Below are positions 1 through 38,624 of a DNA stretch of 64,000 nucleotides, in pieces. The stretch is taken from contig JBJCIZ010000239.1 in the NCBI GenBank assembly GCA_051294375.1, positions 1,169,678-1,233,677 of the forward strand, read 5' to 3'. Source of the DNA: Paraspadella gotoi. Lineage: Eukaryota; Animalia; Chaetognatha. Within the stretch, counting starts at the first letter, position 1, and every line of letters begins with the position of its first letter. Both the position numbers and the translations under genes were made by a program. A model generated the notes under the pieces. The model saw only the letters and a program-made list of their open reading frames with translations. It did no database searches and was not told the origin of the DNA.

Positions 1-1990
1 CCGAGTACGAGTTCAAAGTCCGCGCCAAGACCCGCGCCGGCTGGGGACCCTTTTCCAGCGCCTCGGTCGTCGTGGGTCCGCAGCTCAGATCTCCGGCGGC
101 CGTGGAGAATCTCCGGCTGGAGGATACGAAGAACTACCTCGTGATTTCGTGGGAATACGGCGACAACGGATTCGCGCCGGTTGGGTTCATTTTGGAAAAG
201 AAATCGAGAGACGATCGCGGCGCCGGGGAAGGATGGGATCGACCCTGGGAATACGTGGCCCAAGAAGACTCTCTGCTGGAGAGAGAGCGAGTCAGTTGGA
301 AAACGCTCAAGGCGAATTCAGAGTATAAGTTTAGGGTCATCGCTTATAATTACGACGGACCCTCGCTGCCCACTGTTACAGGTGAGGGGATTATTTTATT
401 ATTTTTTTTTTTAAATCATTAATTTTTTGTTTTTCGTTTTCCAAATTTATGTTTTTTTTTTAAATTTCGATGATTAATTATTTGTTTTTCTTTTTAATTT
501 TTTCTTTTTCTATTTCTTTTTCTATTTCTCGCTTTTCGTTTCATTGTCTTTTTTTTCCTTTTCTTTTTTTTATTTTGTGCGTTTTCATGGTTTTATTCTT
601 TCTTTCGTTACTTCAATTTTGATTTATATATTTTATTTATTATATTTTCTGAATATTTCTTAAAACAAAAAAAATTTTAAATCCCTTTCTTCCCTATTTT
701 TCCCAGACGTCTTCAGCCCGCCAACCGATCTCATCCCGGCCAACCCACTCCGCACGGCCCACGCCGGTTGGTACAAGGAATGGTGGTTCCGCATCACCAT
801 GGCGATGGGGGCGTTGGTGGTAGTCACGGTCCTCGTCGCCGCTCTCGTCGTCGTCGGACGCAACAAGCGAACGAAAGATGCGGTGCTGGCGCGGCAGAAG
901 GCGCTCCAGCGGGTGGAGCACGTCCGGGCCAATGGGCTCGTCAATCCGGGCGTCGACGGCGAAGACGACGGGATAGGCAACGGAGGTTTCGCCACTTGCG
1001 ACACGAAAAAGGTGAGGAAGCGGCTTTAAACGTGGATTCTTGATACTTTCGCTTGATAACGTGACGAGCATTAGTTTTAGTTTTGATTAATTTCGTTCAT
1101 CGCCGAGTCGATTCATTCGTTCATACATTTTTTTTCCCTTTATTTTATTTATTCATTCATTAAGTCATCCTTTCATAATTAGTTTATTCATTCAGTTTTA
1201 AGACGCTTTCAAAGTTCCGTTTTCTCATTTTCCGTTAATCATTCGGGGAAATTAAACGTAAATTTCTTTATTCAATCATTCTTTCGTTCATACATTCCCT
1301 TCCGCCCCCCCTTTCCAAACTTCAGTCCATTCGCAAATCCATCAAACGCGTCGTCCACCACGGAGGCGTCAGCGTCAACGGCGTCTACCGTCCCCCGCCC
1401 TTACCAACTCCCGCTGCCATCTATGAAGAAGAGGAAAACGATTTAGGTATAAGTTCTTTCCTTTTTTTTCTTTCTTTTTTTTTCTCTTTTTCTTTTTGAG
1501 ATTTGGTTTCTTCGGCATTTGCAATGCAAAAGACGACGTTTGAAGTGACTCTCTCTCTCTCTCTCATCTTCTCTATCCTTTCTCGCACTTTCTCTCCCTT
1601 CAATCCTCTCTTTCTCTGCATCTCTTCTCTTCCTCTAAACTTTTCATTTCTTCTCTCTCTTCCCTCCCTCTCCTAATGAGAATCGATCGTTCTCACGCAT
1701 TTTGCATTTTTTCTCCTCCTCTAAAAACCGTCAGAACCTTACACCAGCTTCGTTTGCCCGCGTAAGTTGGTAGCGCGAAAAATGTAAACAAAACAAACGA
1801 CGCACGCGCGTTAGGCACAAATTTGGAAATTTACCCAAGATGGAGTAGGAAACTTTTGTTTTGTTTTGAAAGCTTTATGTATATGTAGCTCCTTTTTGTG
1901 CATGACTAAGCTTGTGACTTTTCTAAGGTATTGTGTGTTTTTTTCTTTCTTCTCTTACTATTTCTCTTTGCGCTCTCTCTCTCTCTCTCT

Positions 1991-2021
<31 letters not shown>

Positions 2022-3741
2022 AGCCTGTCATCACTTTTCAAAATGAACAAATATCGTTTTTCAACATAAAGCATTTCATACTCATTTCATCGTTTCGAAA
2101 AATCCAATTAAAAAGCGACGACAAAATGTTTAGCCCAATTATCCCTTTACTCTTCCGTTATATTTGTGTAAAAAATGTTATATATCGGTGAAGGTTCGAA
2201 CGTTTAAAACAAAAATATTGTTGATAATCAAATGTCAAAATATTTGTGGTTATGATGAGTGACACACTAATCGCTTTGTCGGAAATGAAAATTTAGAAGG
2301 GGCCAATGTTATTTTTTGGAGGTAAAATCGTTAAAATTTTAATGATCAAAATTTTATGTTTGGATCGATTTTTTTTGTTTTTAAAATTCTCTTTTTTTGC
2401 TTAAAATAGGTAAATTAATAATGAAAAAAGGAAAATTTGAATCACAGAATGTCTTTTTTAAAAAAATCTTTTAACACCTTTTTTCTTTTAAAAAAAAAAT
2501 GTAAAAAAAAAAATCAAAATTATTTTCCGGCCAATTTATTTAATCGTGCTTTCAGTTAGACGGATTGGTGCTTCATGGTGCTCTTGATTGATTATTAACA
2601 CATTATTAACACATATCTCACACATCTCACACTTTATCCTCACACTTTTATTCGCATAGTGAATGGAGACGACGACGCTGACTCGCACTCTAGCGACGTC
2701 ACGACCGACAAAGACGTCGATTCGCTCGTCGACGAGAACGAGGCTTTCTGCGGCCGCGGCGGCGGCGGCGGTCTCGGCAGCGGCGGCGTCGGCAGCGGCG
2801 TCGGCGGCTCCTTCTCCGTCGGCGCCGGCAGCTTCGGTCGCGGCGTCGAATCGGGTTCGCCCGAAAGCGGCGCTTATGGAGTGAGAGCGGCGATGGGTGA
2901 GTTTCGCCTTTTTTACAATATTTACAATATTTACAATGCTGACAATGTTTTCTTGGTTTTTTAAACACTTATGAGATTTTTAAAATTACTTAAAAAACTC
3001 AATGGAGGCCTGAATTCAAACATGAGTTGTCTTACGTCAGCAAGCGAAATATGTAGCTTGCTCTTTGAATAAATTGTTGTTTTTCTCAGTGCTTTTTTCC
3101 CCAACTTTTATAATAAATAATTATTAGAGAAAAACAAAGTTTTACAACGAATTTTTTTGTTGTAAAATTCATTAAAAACTTTGTTTTTCTCTTATAATTC
3201 AATAACAACGAAAAATAAGGGATTATTACACCATGAAGAAATAATTAATAATATATTAATAAATAATAATATTAATAATATAAATAAATAATTTTTGTTG
3301 CGTATTGTAATTGATGCGAAAATTATTTCGGTGTCAACAACGATAATAAAATATGAGATATTTTTTTAATGCTAATATCCATATTGCAAATTGAATGTTC
3401 ATTTAGTAAAATTCAACTTTTTCTCCTCTCCGCCCCCCGCAGCCAACGGCCGCAGTCACGCCCCCTCCTCTTTCCTCCTCCTCCTCCAAGGCCGAGGGTT
3501 CTCTTCGCACAATTCCTCAGGCGGAAGCGCGAGTCCGACCAAGCGGCTGCTCGACGCCGCCTCACCCATGGGCGGCGGATCGTCGGGGGGTAAGTTAAGA
3601 CGAGGAAGGAGGGTGGGGTAAAGTTTGAAAAGGTTTTTGGGTTAAAGTAAGTGGGGTTTTCAAAGCTACCTTCAATGCTACTTTGAAAACGCGGCGTGGT
3701 ATGGTATGGGTCAGTGAATCAAATGACACTCTTTTTGAAGA

Positions 3742-3808
<67 letters not shown>

Positions 3809-4996
3809 GTCTCTCTTCTCTCTCTCATCCTGAATCATAGCTGATTCAAAGAAAGGTAAAGACTAAAGCAATAATACCGAGGTTGAACATTGAATAACTG
3901 GATTTAATTTTCCATTACGTTTCATTTTTTTTCATCAGTTTTTTTTTGGAAAAATAAGAGGGAAGTACGTACATAGTCGTTTATAGTTTTCGAAATAAAA
4001 AGTAAACAAAAAAAAGTAAACAAACTTCTACTTTTCCCTCCCCCCCCCAAAAAAAAAGGATCGACCTCCGGCAGTCACCGTCAACTCTACTTCCAAGCGC
4101 CGGCGACTCCATCCGACGGCGGGAGTGTTAGCGCCATGGGCGGCGGATGTCCGCTCATCAACGCCCGGCGTCTCAACGGCGGGGCCACGCCCACTTCGAC
4201 GATCGACGCCTTCGATACGACGTCTTTCGTCAATCACTACACCGCCGCCAATGAGGCGCTGGGTAAGATCGATGTTGTTGTTGTTGTCGTTGTCGACGTT
4301 GCTGTTGGTTTTGCTGTTTATTCTTAAACCCTTTTCGGTAGTTTATTCCACTGCAATGTTGATTAACGTTTAAAATGGATTAAGATTAAGTTAAATACAT
4401 ACATACATACATGTACTCCCCATTACATTATAAAAGAATATATTTTATTAAATCTAATATATAGTGAAATTTATAAATTTTTTATATTTATTTTTAAAAT
4501 TTTAAAGTCTAATATAGTAAAACAAGTAATCTTACAATTTTTGATACATAAATTACGCGAAATAACGTCTTATCAAATTACCCTAAATTTCAAATTTCGA
4601 TTATCTTAAATACAGTGAATTACGTCAAAATAAATGAATTAGAATTCAATTAAAATATTTTGTACTAGATTGTGCTTTGCACTAAATAAAATTAAAGTAA
4701 CAATTTCTTCCTTCGATCCCCTAGGTCAAAACTCATGGCGCCAGCAACGCCCGACCGCCTTCTCCTATCGCGCCGTCCCGAACGGCGATGGATTCAACGA
4801 CGCCGCCTCCTCGTCAGCCACGCCCACTTCCGGCATGACAGCGTCCGAGAGTCGAGGCGGAATCAGCCTCTCGCCTCTCGGCAGCGGCGGCGGCATCGGC
4901 TCGGGAACCGTCAGCCCCGGCGCAGGATCGCAGCAGCTGCTGACGGCGTCGCCCGGCGCTCGGACGCCGGCGTCGGGGTTCTCCTCTTTCGTCTGA
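1..4996 (+). CDS. sdk: Sidekick-family Ig/FN3 cell-adhesion molecule, 3' part (last FN3 repeats, TM helix, cytoplasmic tail)
   Basis: GT-AG exons that join in frame: <1-381, 707-1011, 1326-1446, (1735-1761), 2660-2896, 3443-3589, 4059-4262, 4725-4996 (TGA). FN3 motif LKANSEYKFRVIAYN; TM segment preceded by WYKEWWF; cytoplasmic SFVNHY...NSW; C-terminus PGARTPASGFSSFV matches the Sidekick GFSSFV PDZ ligand as I recall it. Confidence 0.92.
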
Positions 4997-6462
4997 AGAA
5001 TTGACGAGTGACGCCACCGCGTCGAAAAAGCCGCGTGGCGTCACGCCAAAAAAACGCCAAATAAAAAAATATATTTTCGGCTATATCGAAAAAATTCGAG
5101 GAAAAACTAAAAATTATTTTTTCAACGAAAAGAAACTAGGAATCGACTCGCTCTCACTTTTTTCGTCCATAATTTTCATCGTCTCTCTCGCTCACTCTCT
5201 TTCTCTCTCTCAATTTCCCGCTCAAAAAAACTTGTGTTTCCTAATCATTACCCCTGATCCTGCTTTTTTAAAACCCGACTAAAAATCGATATTGAATGAA
5301 ATTTATATTACAATCTTTTTTTTTTAATCAATGAAGTATGATTTATGTCGGTGATATCCAAGTCTTGATTTCGCTTATTTAATTTTTTTGTTCTCGAACG
5401 AACGAGAATTTTTTCGAAAATGTTTCGATAAAAAAAACAAAACCCTATCCAGTTTTGCAAACTCCCCCCCCTCCCGCTTTAAAATTCCTATCTCCCCCCC
5501 CCACCCAAAAAAACAAAAAAAAATTCCAGTCTTCAAATTCACCAGCAAAAGAATATTGTCTGCTTTAATTCTCAAAACGCGTTTGAATGTAGTTGAAATG
5601 ATCGTAGCTATCAAATTGAATATAGTTCTTTCGCTCGTCCCCGTTTGCTCACAGATTACATGTCATTCGTAATTGTTTCATTTGAAAAAAAAAAAAACAT
5701 CATCTCCATTATCATAATAAATATTTTATTGGCCATCCTCGCTTAATTTTAAGTTTTCATCCTTCATCTCATTTCCCTTCACGCAAATGACCCTCGCCAT
5801 TTTTAATCCCCGCGCATCAATTTCATAATCCATCCAAAAAAAATATCAATCATTATTTTCATTCCGTGTCATATTTAGTATTTATTTCTTCATTTTCATA
5901 ATATATGAAATAAATTTGTTTTGTTTACGGTGGCGTCTTGATTTGTTTTATAAAGAAAAGTAAGAAAGTTAAGACGAAATTAGAAATAAAAACGGAAGCT
6001 AAAATATTTAATAAGAAAGAAAAAACCTTGAGGCCCAAGAAACAAATTGTTTTGCCGATCGATAAAGAAATGATTTATGTCGCTTGAAACAATCCAGTCC
6101 AAAAAAATAAATTGTGAAGGAGAAAAAACGAATCACAAAACCGAAGTCTTTACAGCTCCCGCGGTCGATAACGACTCTCGTAGAAAGATACAAATTCGAT
6201 TGTTAAAAATTAAAAATTGTTTTTTAAAGCGCGAGATTGCTTTTGACTCTTGCCTTTGTTATTAGAGATTATGCCGTTAAAAACTTTTATATATCAGTAT
6301 GAATAACAAGTTTACAAGGGTGTGACCACATTATGAACTTAACTACATTAAGAATATGCAAGATTTTATTTGGGAAAGATGAATTTGTCTTAAAAAAGGA
6401 CCAATGAACAATGTTTGAACCTCGGCGATTTTATCGGCAGAAATCTGACACAAGAATTTTCA

Positions 6463-15651
<9,189 letters not shown>

Positions 15652-16842
15652 CTGAGGAAAAAAAAATGTTTAAAGATTACTTTACATTCTTAATATAAAT
15701 ATTGTAAATTTTAAATATTATTAATAATGAGGTAAGATGAGAATCTTGACTTTTACTATATTTTCACATTAACTAACTTTTTAACTGGGTGCTTAAAGTG
15801 AAAACTGTCTGCAGTTTTTCCTACGTGACAACTGAATTTAAAACAATAAACAGCTTAAACATTAGAAGCGCTTTTCTTGTATCGTAAATTTTAAAAAAAT
15901 CACAGTAATGGAAACGCTTTAATGCAACAGGCTTACAAATTAACAAACGATATTTTAAAGCCAAGGCGAGACATTTGCCGAAGAGAGAAAAAGGGTAGGG
16001 AAAGAAATTCCAAGTAAAATTGGAAGCCGCGAAATTTCAAATTCCAAGTCATCAAAATCGAACATTTGAAGAAAGAAAAAAAAAATCAAGATTTCTTTCA
16101 AGATTCTAAATCCTAGAATCAAAGAATCCAGACGAGAGGATTCCGGATCTTTCTCAAAGAGTAAAGAATCGAGAATCTAAGATTCTAAAAAAATTTTCGA
16201 TTTTTTAGTCTGAAGACTTTGAATCTAAATCGAGAGAGATTTTTTTGGATCCTCGAATTCCAGATGGAAAGATTCGTCTTCAACGGAATGAGGGGATCGA
16301 AAGAAAAGAAGAGATGGAGACCGAGAAAAGGTCGAACTTTTCGTCCGCCTTCGATCGAGGGAGAGATCACGCGACCTTTTATCGTCTTCGAGATTGAAAA
16401 ATAAACCCTCACGGGGGGAAAGTTGAGGGTTCGCGATTTTTAAAGAACGCCAAGCTTTTTTTTTTTTTTAAATTGTACGGTTGGACAAAATTGTAAAACC
16501 GAAAAAACTCGAGAACAAATTGAATCTTGTAAAACTTTGCGAAATATTCGAAATATTCTGGTTAATAAGGCATTCGTGTAGATAAATAATATTAAAATAA
16601 CGTTATGTTTTTACAATTTGTTTTAGGAGAAACAAAAACAGTGCATGATTGAGCTTAAGACGCTTTTTATAACAGTTTGTGCAAAAAAGGGGTTTGGGAT
16701 TTTTTTAGCAAAGGGACTTCAACATCTGTTCTTCTTCTCTTTTAAAGTTTCTTCTCTTGGACCGGCCTCTCTTCTCTCTTGTCCACGGTGTCTTCTCTAT
16801 TCGACTCCCCCTTTCAACGCATTAGCTGCTCTTCCATCAGCG

Positions 16843-33238
<16,396 letters not shown>

Positions 33239-34518
33239 CTTGAAGACGGGTTGGGGGGATGGGGGGTGGGGGATTCAGAATGAGATGATAAAGTAAGGGG
33301 ACGTTTCAAGATGATAAAACATCTAAATCGTTCAGATTTTCATTTAACTTTATGGCGCTCGAATGCAAGCTCAAATTTGGGGTCTTTGTGATATTGTATC
33401 ACCGAGACATTGTGTCATCGAGTAAATTTTCCTAAATGTATATGGTGAATTTAATCTTTGAGTGGTTAGTTAAAATTTTTTTAAAAAAACATTTTATGCG
33501 TTATACAATTGAAAAGTCAACATCAATTGCGCCGTCCTTTTATGTCGTCCAATTGCAGATTTCAGTTCTCTACTTAACTACTTGTGAATGCGAGAGAAAA
33601 TCCTTTTTCTAAACAAGACCTTTTTTTTTCATCGTTTTCAAATACTTCTTAGTTTGTTTTTTTTACTCACTCACTCACTTTTTCTTTCTCTTTTTGTCCC
33701 TCTCTCTCTCCCTCTCTCTCTCTCCATCTCTCTCTCTCTCCCTCTCTTCCTTTTTTTTTCGCATGCTGCCGAGAAAACTGAAAACTTTGCCAAGAAGATT
33801 GAAGGTCAATAATGGAGAAAATTGTGAACGATCACAGAACTTTGATGTGAACTTTGAGAAACCGGCAAAATTTGTTTTTCTTTCACATTTATTTTCACTT
33901 TTTGACACTTTTTTACCTTTTTTTACGTTCTTGGACTTAGGGTCAAAATTCTAAAAATAGTTTAGACGCGTCTCTTATTTAATCAACTAATTTTTTATTC
34001 TTTAACAATAGTAAAAATTTACTTAAAATTTACTTTTAATGCCTAAGTACTAGTGAAAAGATATAACTGAAAATGTATAAAATTCGAAAACATTGTATTC
34101 AAAAAACTAAACTCAGACAATAGTCTCATTCAAATCTAACAACTCATCGTGATAAAAAAAAAAGTTTACTCATATACGCTGCTCTCTGACTTCTCTCCCG
34201 GGCCTACCTTTGGCCCAAGGATTGGCCGAGAGATTGGGCAAGAGACTCTCTCGAGTCAAAGATCCAAATTTGACGGTGAATCGAAAAAAAGAGAAAAAGT
34301 CAGACTGAGTCTCTGACGCGTGGGAATGCGGGAAGCAAAACAAAACTGGGGAAAAGTTTGGAAACTAGAATTTTTGGGCGAAATGCTCTTCGATGCCCCC
34401 TTGCCGTCTGACGGAGCAGCGAATCTCTCTCGCTCTCTCTCTCTTTCTGGCTGCATGATTCAGAGTCAGGATCGGGATCGACAAAAATGAAGATTATTTG
34501 AACAATGGATTAATTGTT

Positions 34519-34598
34519 TAGGGTTTCGGTTAGGGTTTAGGTTAGATTAGGGGATAGATATTAGGGTTAGGGTTAGGGATTAGGTTAGGGATTAGGGT
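34519..34598 (+). repeat. Interstitial degenerate telomere-like (TTAGGG)n tract
   Basis: Several exact TTAGGG units plus variants. Confidence 0.8.
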
Positions 34599-35593
34599 TG
34601 TCTTTCCCTACGCTACTTTTACAACAAAAAAATTCTGGCTTGCTGGGTGACTCATCGGTCAGGATCGAGATAGACAGAAATGACGACGATAATTGGAACG
34701 ATGGAGGAAGCAGTTGCGACGGTGAGAACGACGATGAAAGGAGTGACGCATAAAGCGACGATGGAAGCAGCAAAAGTTTTGTGCGCGCATTTTAGTCCGT
34801 TGCTTTAGGAGCCGCAGCAAGGGGGCATCGATGGAAAAAAGTGCCGCATAACGTCAAAATTCAAAATTACTTAAATATCACTTGAATATTTTTCGATTTA
34901 ATATTAGGGCTACATTTGAAATTATTACAAACGTCTCTGCACGATTTTTAGACAACAATCTTCCATTAAATCTTTTATTAAATATTATATTAATTTAAAT
35001 TTGAATTCTTCATTCGCAGTTGCAAAAAAATCTAACTGAATCATGCGTTTTCACTTACACACATACCTCTTAACTCTCATACAAAGCTTTCATTTGTCAG
35101 TTATTAACTGTTAGCTCCTGTGGGTGTCACTTTTGACTTCAAACTTTCCCCCCCTCCCGCTTTCTCACCTCGAACGAGTAAAAAAATCATCGTCGCCCTC
35201 CAAACAAAATGGCGGCAAAAAAAGATGTCGCTGGCGGGAGTCGGGCGGGAGGTGGCGCGGCGTCGGCGCCAGGCGGTCGTCATGACGACGGTTGGGTTAA
35301 TTTAATAAACGGAGACGTGGTTGAGGCGCGGCTTGAAATGAATAAAGCAAATGTTAAATGTTCAATATTAACGAATCAATTTCTTTTGTTAATTGTTCAT
35401 TCATAAAATGACTCGCAATTCATTAGATAACTGCCGTATTCATTCTAATTCATCTTAATTCATCTTAATTCATCGATTTACCCGAATGAATCTTAATCGT
35501 TGATTTCGAGAGACGAGAAGAAAATTGTTCTCTGCTTTATGACGTCTCTGTCTCTCTCTCTCTCTCTCTCTGTCTCCTCTCTCCTTCCTCTCC

Positions 35594-35627
<34 letters not shown>

Positions 35628-35657
35628 CTCTCTTCTCTCTATCTCTCTCCTCTCTCC

Positions 35658-35701
<44 letters not shown>

Positions 35702-35979
35702 AACGTTTCGGTGGCGTCGGGATAAATCGTTTCCGGGAGAGAGCCAGAGAGACTGAGATTGCAGTCTTAAAGCGAAAAACCAGGGTGTGAACAGCGGTGT
35801 GAAGTTGCGAGCAGGGGTGTAGGAGTGACGGCGTTGAAGTAGCGAAGTAAACGTTTAAAAAAAAATGAGCGCAAAAGTGAAGAAGGAATTAAATTGGCGG
35901 AAATGAATCGTAGGCGCCACGCCTACCATTTGAAGGCGCGAGAGAGAGACGTTTCGAATGTTTTTTTGTTTTTTTTAAC

Positions 35980-36016
<37 letters not shown>

Positions 36017-36508
36017 AGAGAAGAGAGAGAGAGAGATAAGAGAGAGAACGAGAGAGAGAGGAGAATAATAAAATAGCAAAATAACTGAATAATTAAACTT
36101 CCAAGGAAAAAAAGACAAAGATCAGAAAATTCAGTTTAAGGTTTAAAATTAAAAAAAAAAAATAATAATAATAATAATAATAATAATAAAGAAAATCTTC
36201 ATTTCTTCATTTGAAAAAAAAAAACAAAAAGACGTAGAGACGAAGATTGGGCTCAAAATTTGGCGCCTGAAATTTAAGACGAGGATGACGACGACGACGA
36301 CGAACGACGACGACGACGACGAAAACATTCGCTTCCAAGGGAGCGCCTTTGACTAGCGGACTCTAAAGAGTCTGCACCTTGTTGAGGATGATGTGGAAGA
36401 TGATGATGCTGAAGATGGAGAGAAGGAAGAAAGCAGGACGTCGAGCAAAAAAAAAGAATAACGATGACGAGGCTGACGATAATGATAACGACGACGACGA
36501 CAAATAAA

Positions 36509-37040
36509 GGGCCTTATTTTCCCAGAACGACTTATTTTATCTTAAAATCGGAATTACGTTAATTTTTTTTTGTTAAAGATTAGGTTAGAAGTTAGGGTTT
36601 TGGGATTAGGTTAGTTATTAAGTTAGTGATTAAGATTAATGATTTTGGTTTTGGTTAGGAATTTAGGCTTAAGAGTAGTATTTAGGGTTAGCGGTTAAGG
36701 GTATAAATTAAGGATAAAGGTTTAAGGTTAAATATTTGTTAAGTATTGATTTAAATATTAAAGTTTAATTTAAAGAACAGAAATCGGGCGCTTTTGGCAA
36801 CAGCGGGGTTGACTGTGATGCCCATTGGGATGGGGCATCTCACTGTTGGCTTTGGGGGCTTCCGACCCTCAGTGACGCATCCAGTCACTGGCGCGGTTAC
36901 CCTAGGACGGTCTCGCTTCGCCAACGCAGAGGGAAGTCGTCAGAACACAACGCCTGGGATGGTATTGGTATTGGTATTGGCTGATCGTGGACGGGAGGTG
37001 GTGTGAATATACCACCGCACGCTCTTGGAAAAGAGTGCCG
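36509..37040. mobile_element. MITE-like TIR element with internal degenerate TTAGG(G) tract, interrupted by the 250-bp element
   Basis: Ends GGGCCTTATTTTC and GAAAAGAGTGCC; homologous (inverted) to 55248-55458. Confidence 0.55.
36793..37019. mobile_element. ~230-bp solo-LTR-like or Ginger-like element, copy 3
   Basis: Same family as 18827-19077; exact 4-bp TSD CGCT. Confidence 0.8.
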
Positions 37041-38624
37041 AATAAAGTGAGGATTGTTTCTTCGTGTTTTTTTTTCTCCTCGGTCGAATTTGTAATTCTT
37101 TTTCCTAAAATTCTTTTTTCTTAATATTTTTTTTTCTTCTCGCAAAGAATTATCCTTTTATTTACTCGCTGGCATCTCTTNNNNNNNNNNNNNNNNNNNN
37201 NNNNNNNNNNNNNNNNNNNNNNNNNNNNNNNNNNNNNNNNNNNNNNNNNNNNNNNNNNNNNNNNNNNNNNNNNNNNNNNNNNNNNNNNNNNNNNNNNNNN
37301 NNNNNNNNNNNNNNNNNNNNNNNNNNNNNNNNNNNNNNNNNNNNNNNNNNNNNNNNNNNNNNNGAGAGAGAGAGAGAGAGAGAGAGGATCCGATCTCATC
37401 ACGGATGCGATTAAAGTCTCGGGTGAGTCAAGGACGAAGGTGAGGTGATGGTAAGTGAGGTCTTTATCACGAAATTCACGGACGATTCACAATTTCGAGT
37501 TCACATATTTGCCTTTCACTCTTCTTTTTATGAGTCAGACTTTTTGACGTCGAAAGTTTTTTTCACTAAATTAAAAAAAAAAAAGAGAAAAAATTCACAA
37601 AATACAGGGAAAAAAAAAGGATTTTAAATATAATCGGAAATAAGGAGCGACCGCCCAGGTTGAGTTGGGAGGGCAAATAAAGATGAAAAAAAAAGAACTT
37701 GAAATCTGCTCCTCTCTCTCCTCCTCTCTCTCTCTCTCTCTCTCACTCCTCTCTCGTCTCTCGTCTGTCTCCCATCTATTCTCACCTCCTCTCGTCCTCT
37801 CTCTCTTAAAAAAAAAACGACGCCATTTGCCAAATTCTGTCTCGTCGTCTCTATCCCACTTTTCGCTCCTATCACCTCTCTTCTGCCTCGGAGGTTAAAC
37901 AAGCTGCAGACAGGGAACTGCCCCTCGATTTGTCGGCAGAAAAATAGATAAAATGAATTGCGCATTTGCAAAAGTTTTTGGAGAGAGAGCAGAGAGAGAG
38001 AGAGAGAGGAGAGGAGAGAGAGAGAGAGAGGAGAGGAGAGAGAGAGAGAGAGAGAGAGAGCAGAGAGAGAGAGAGAGAGAGGAGAAGACAGAAAGACAGA
38101 AAGACAGAAAGAACAGAAAAGACAAAAAGAAAGAAAGAACCAAAAAAGACGTTTGTGCATCTTTGCCCTTTTTCCCATTTTTGGCCTGGGTCATTGGCCA
38201 AGTTTCGGCTCCAAGTCTTAAGCGCGCGTGGATTTAAAGTTTTAAACTCTTTTTTTTTTTCTTTCTTCTGCTTTGGCAAATGGATTCGCGTCGCGGGCAA
38301 CGAATCGTTTACATTGGCAAGTTACTTTCTCTTTTTTTTTTTAATTTGGGCTTTTATTCTGTTTAACGCTCCGAGTTTTTTGTTCATCTTTTTGTTTTCT
38401 ATTTTTGGAAAATTGGGGTTTTTTCCCCCAAAAAACTTTCCGTTCGTATTTCGTTCGTTTCCGGATTTTTTTTTTTACTCGTATTTTGTTTTAAGTTTTA
38501 AATCAATATTTCCATTCCGACTTTCGTTACATCAAAATTTCATCCCATATTCATTAACTAATTAATCTAATTAATCTATTTGTCATTTAATTTAATCCCG
38601 TTTCCCTTTTGTCTCTCATCCGAT

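Noticed and set aside
707-4996. L1CAM/neuroglian or DSCAM identity
   Set aside because: No FIGQY motif; SFVNHY and terminal GFSSFV indicate Sidekick.
36376-36505. Signal-peptide exon for the CUB-LDLa gene
   Set aside because: Hydrophobic and phase-compatible, but derived from simple repeats, with no start codon and a weak donor.
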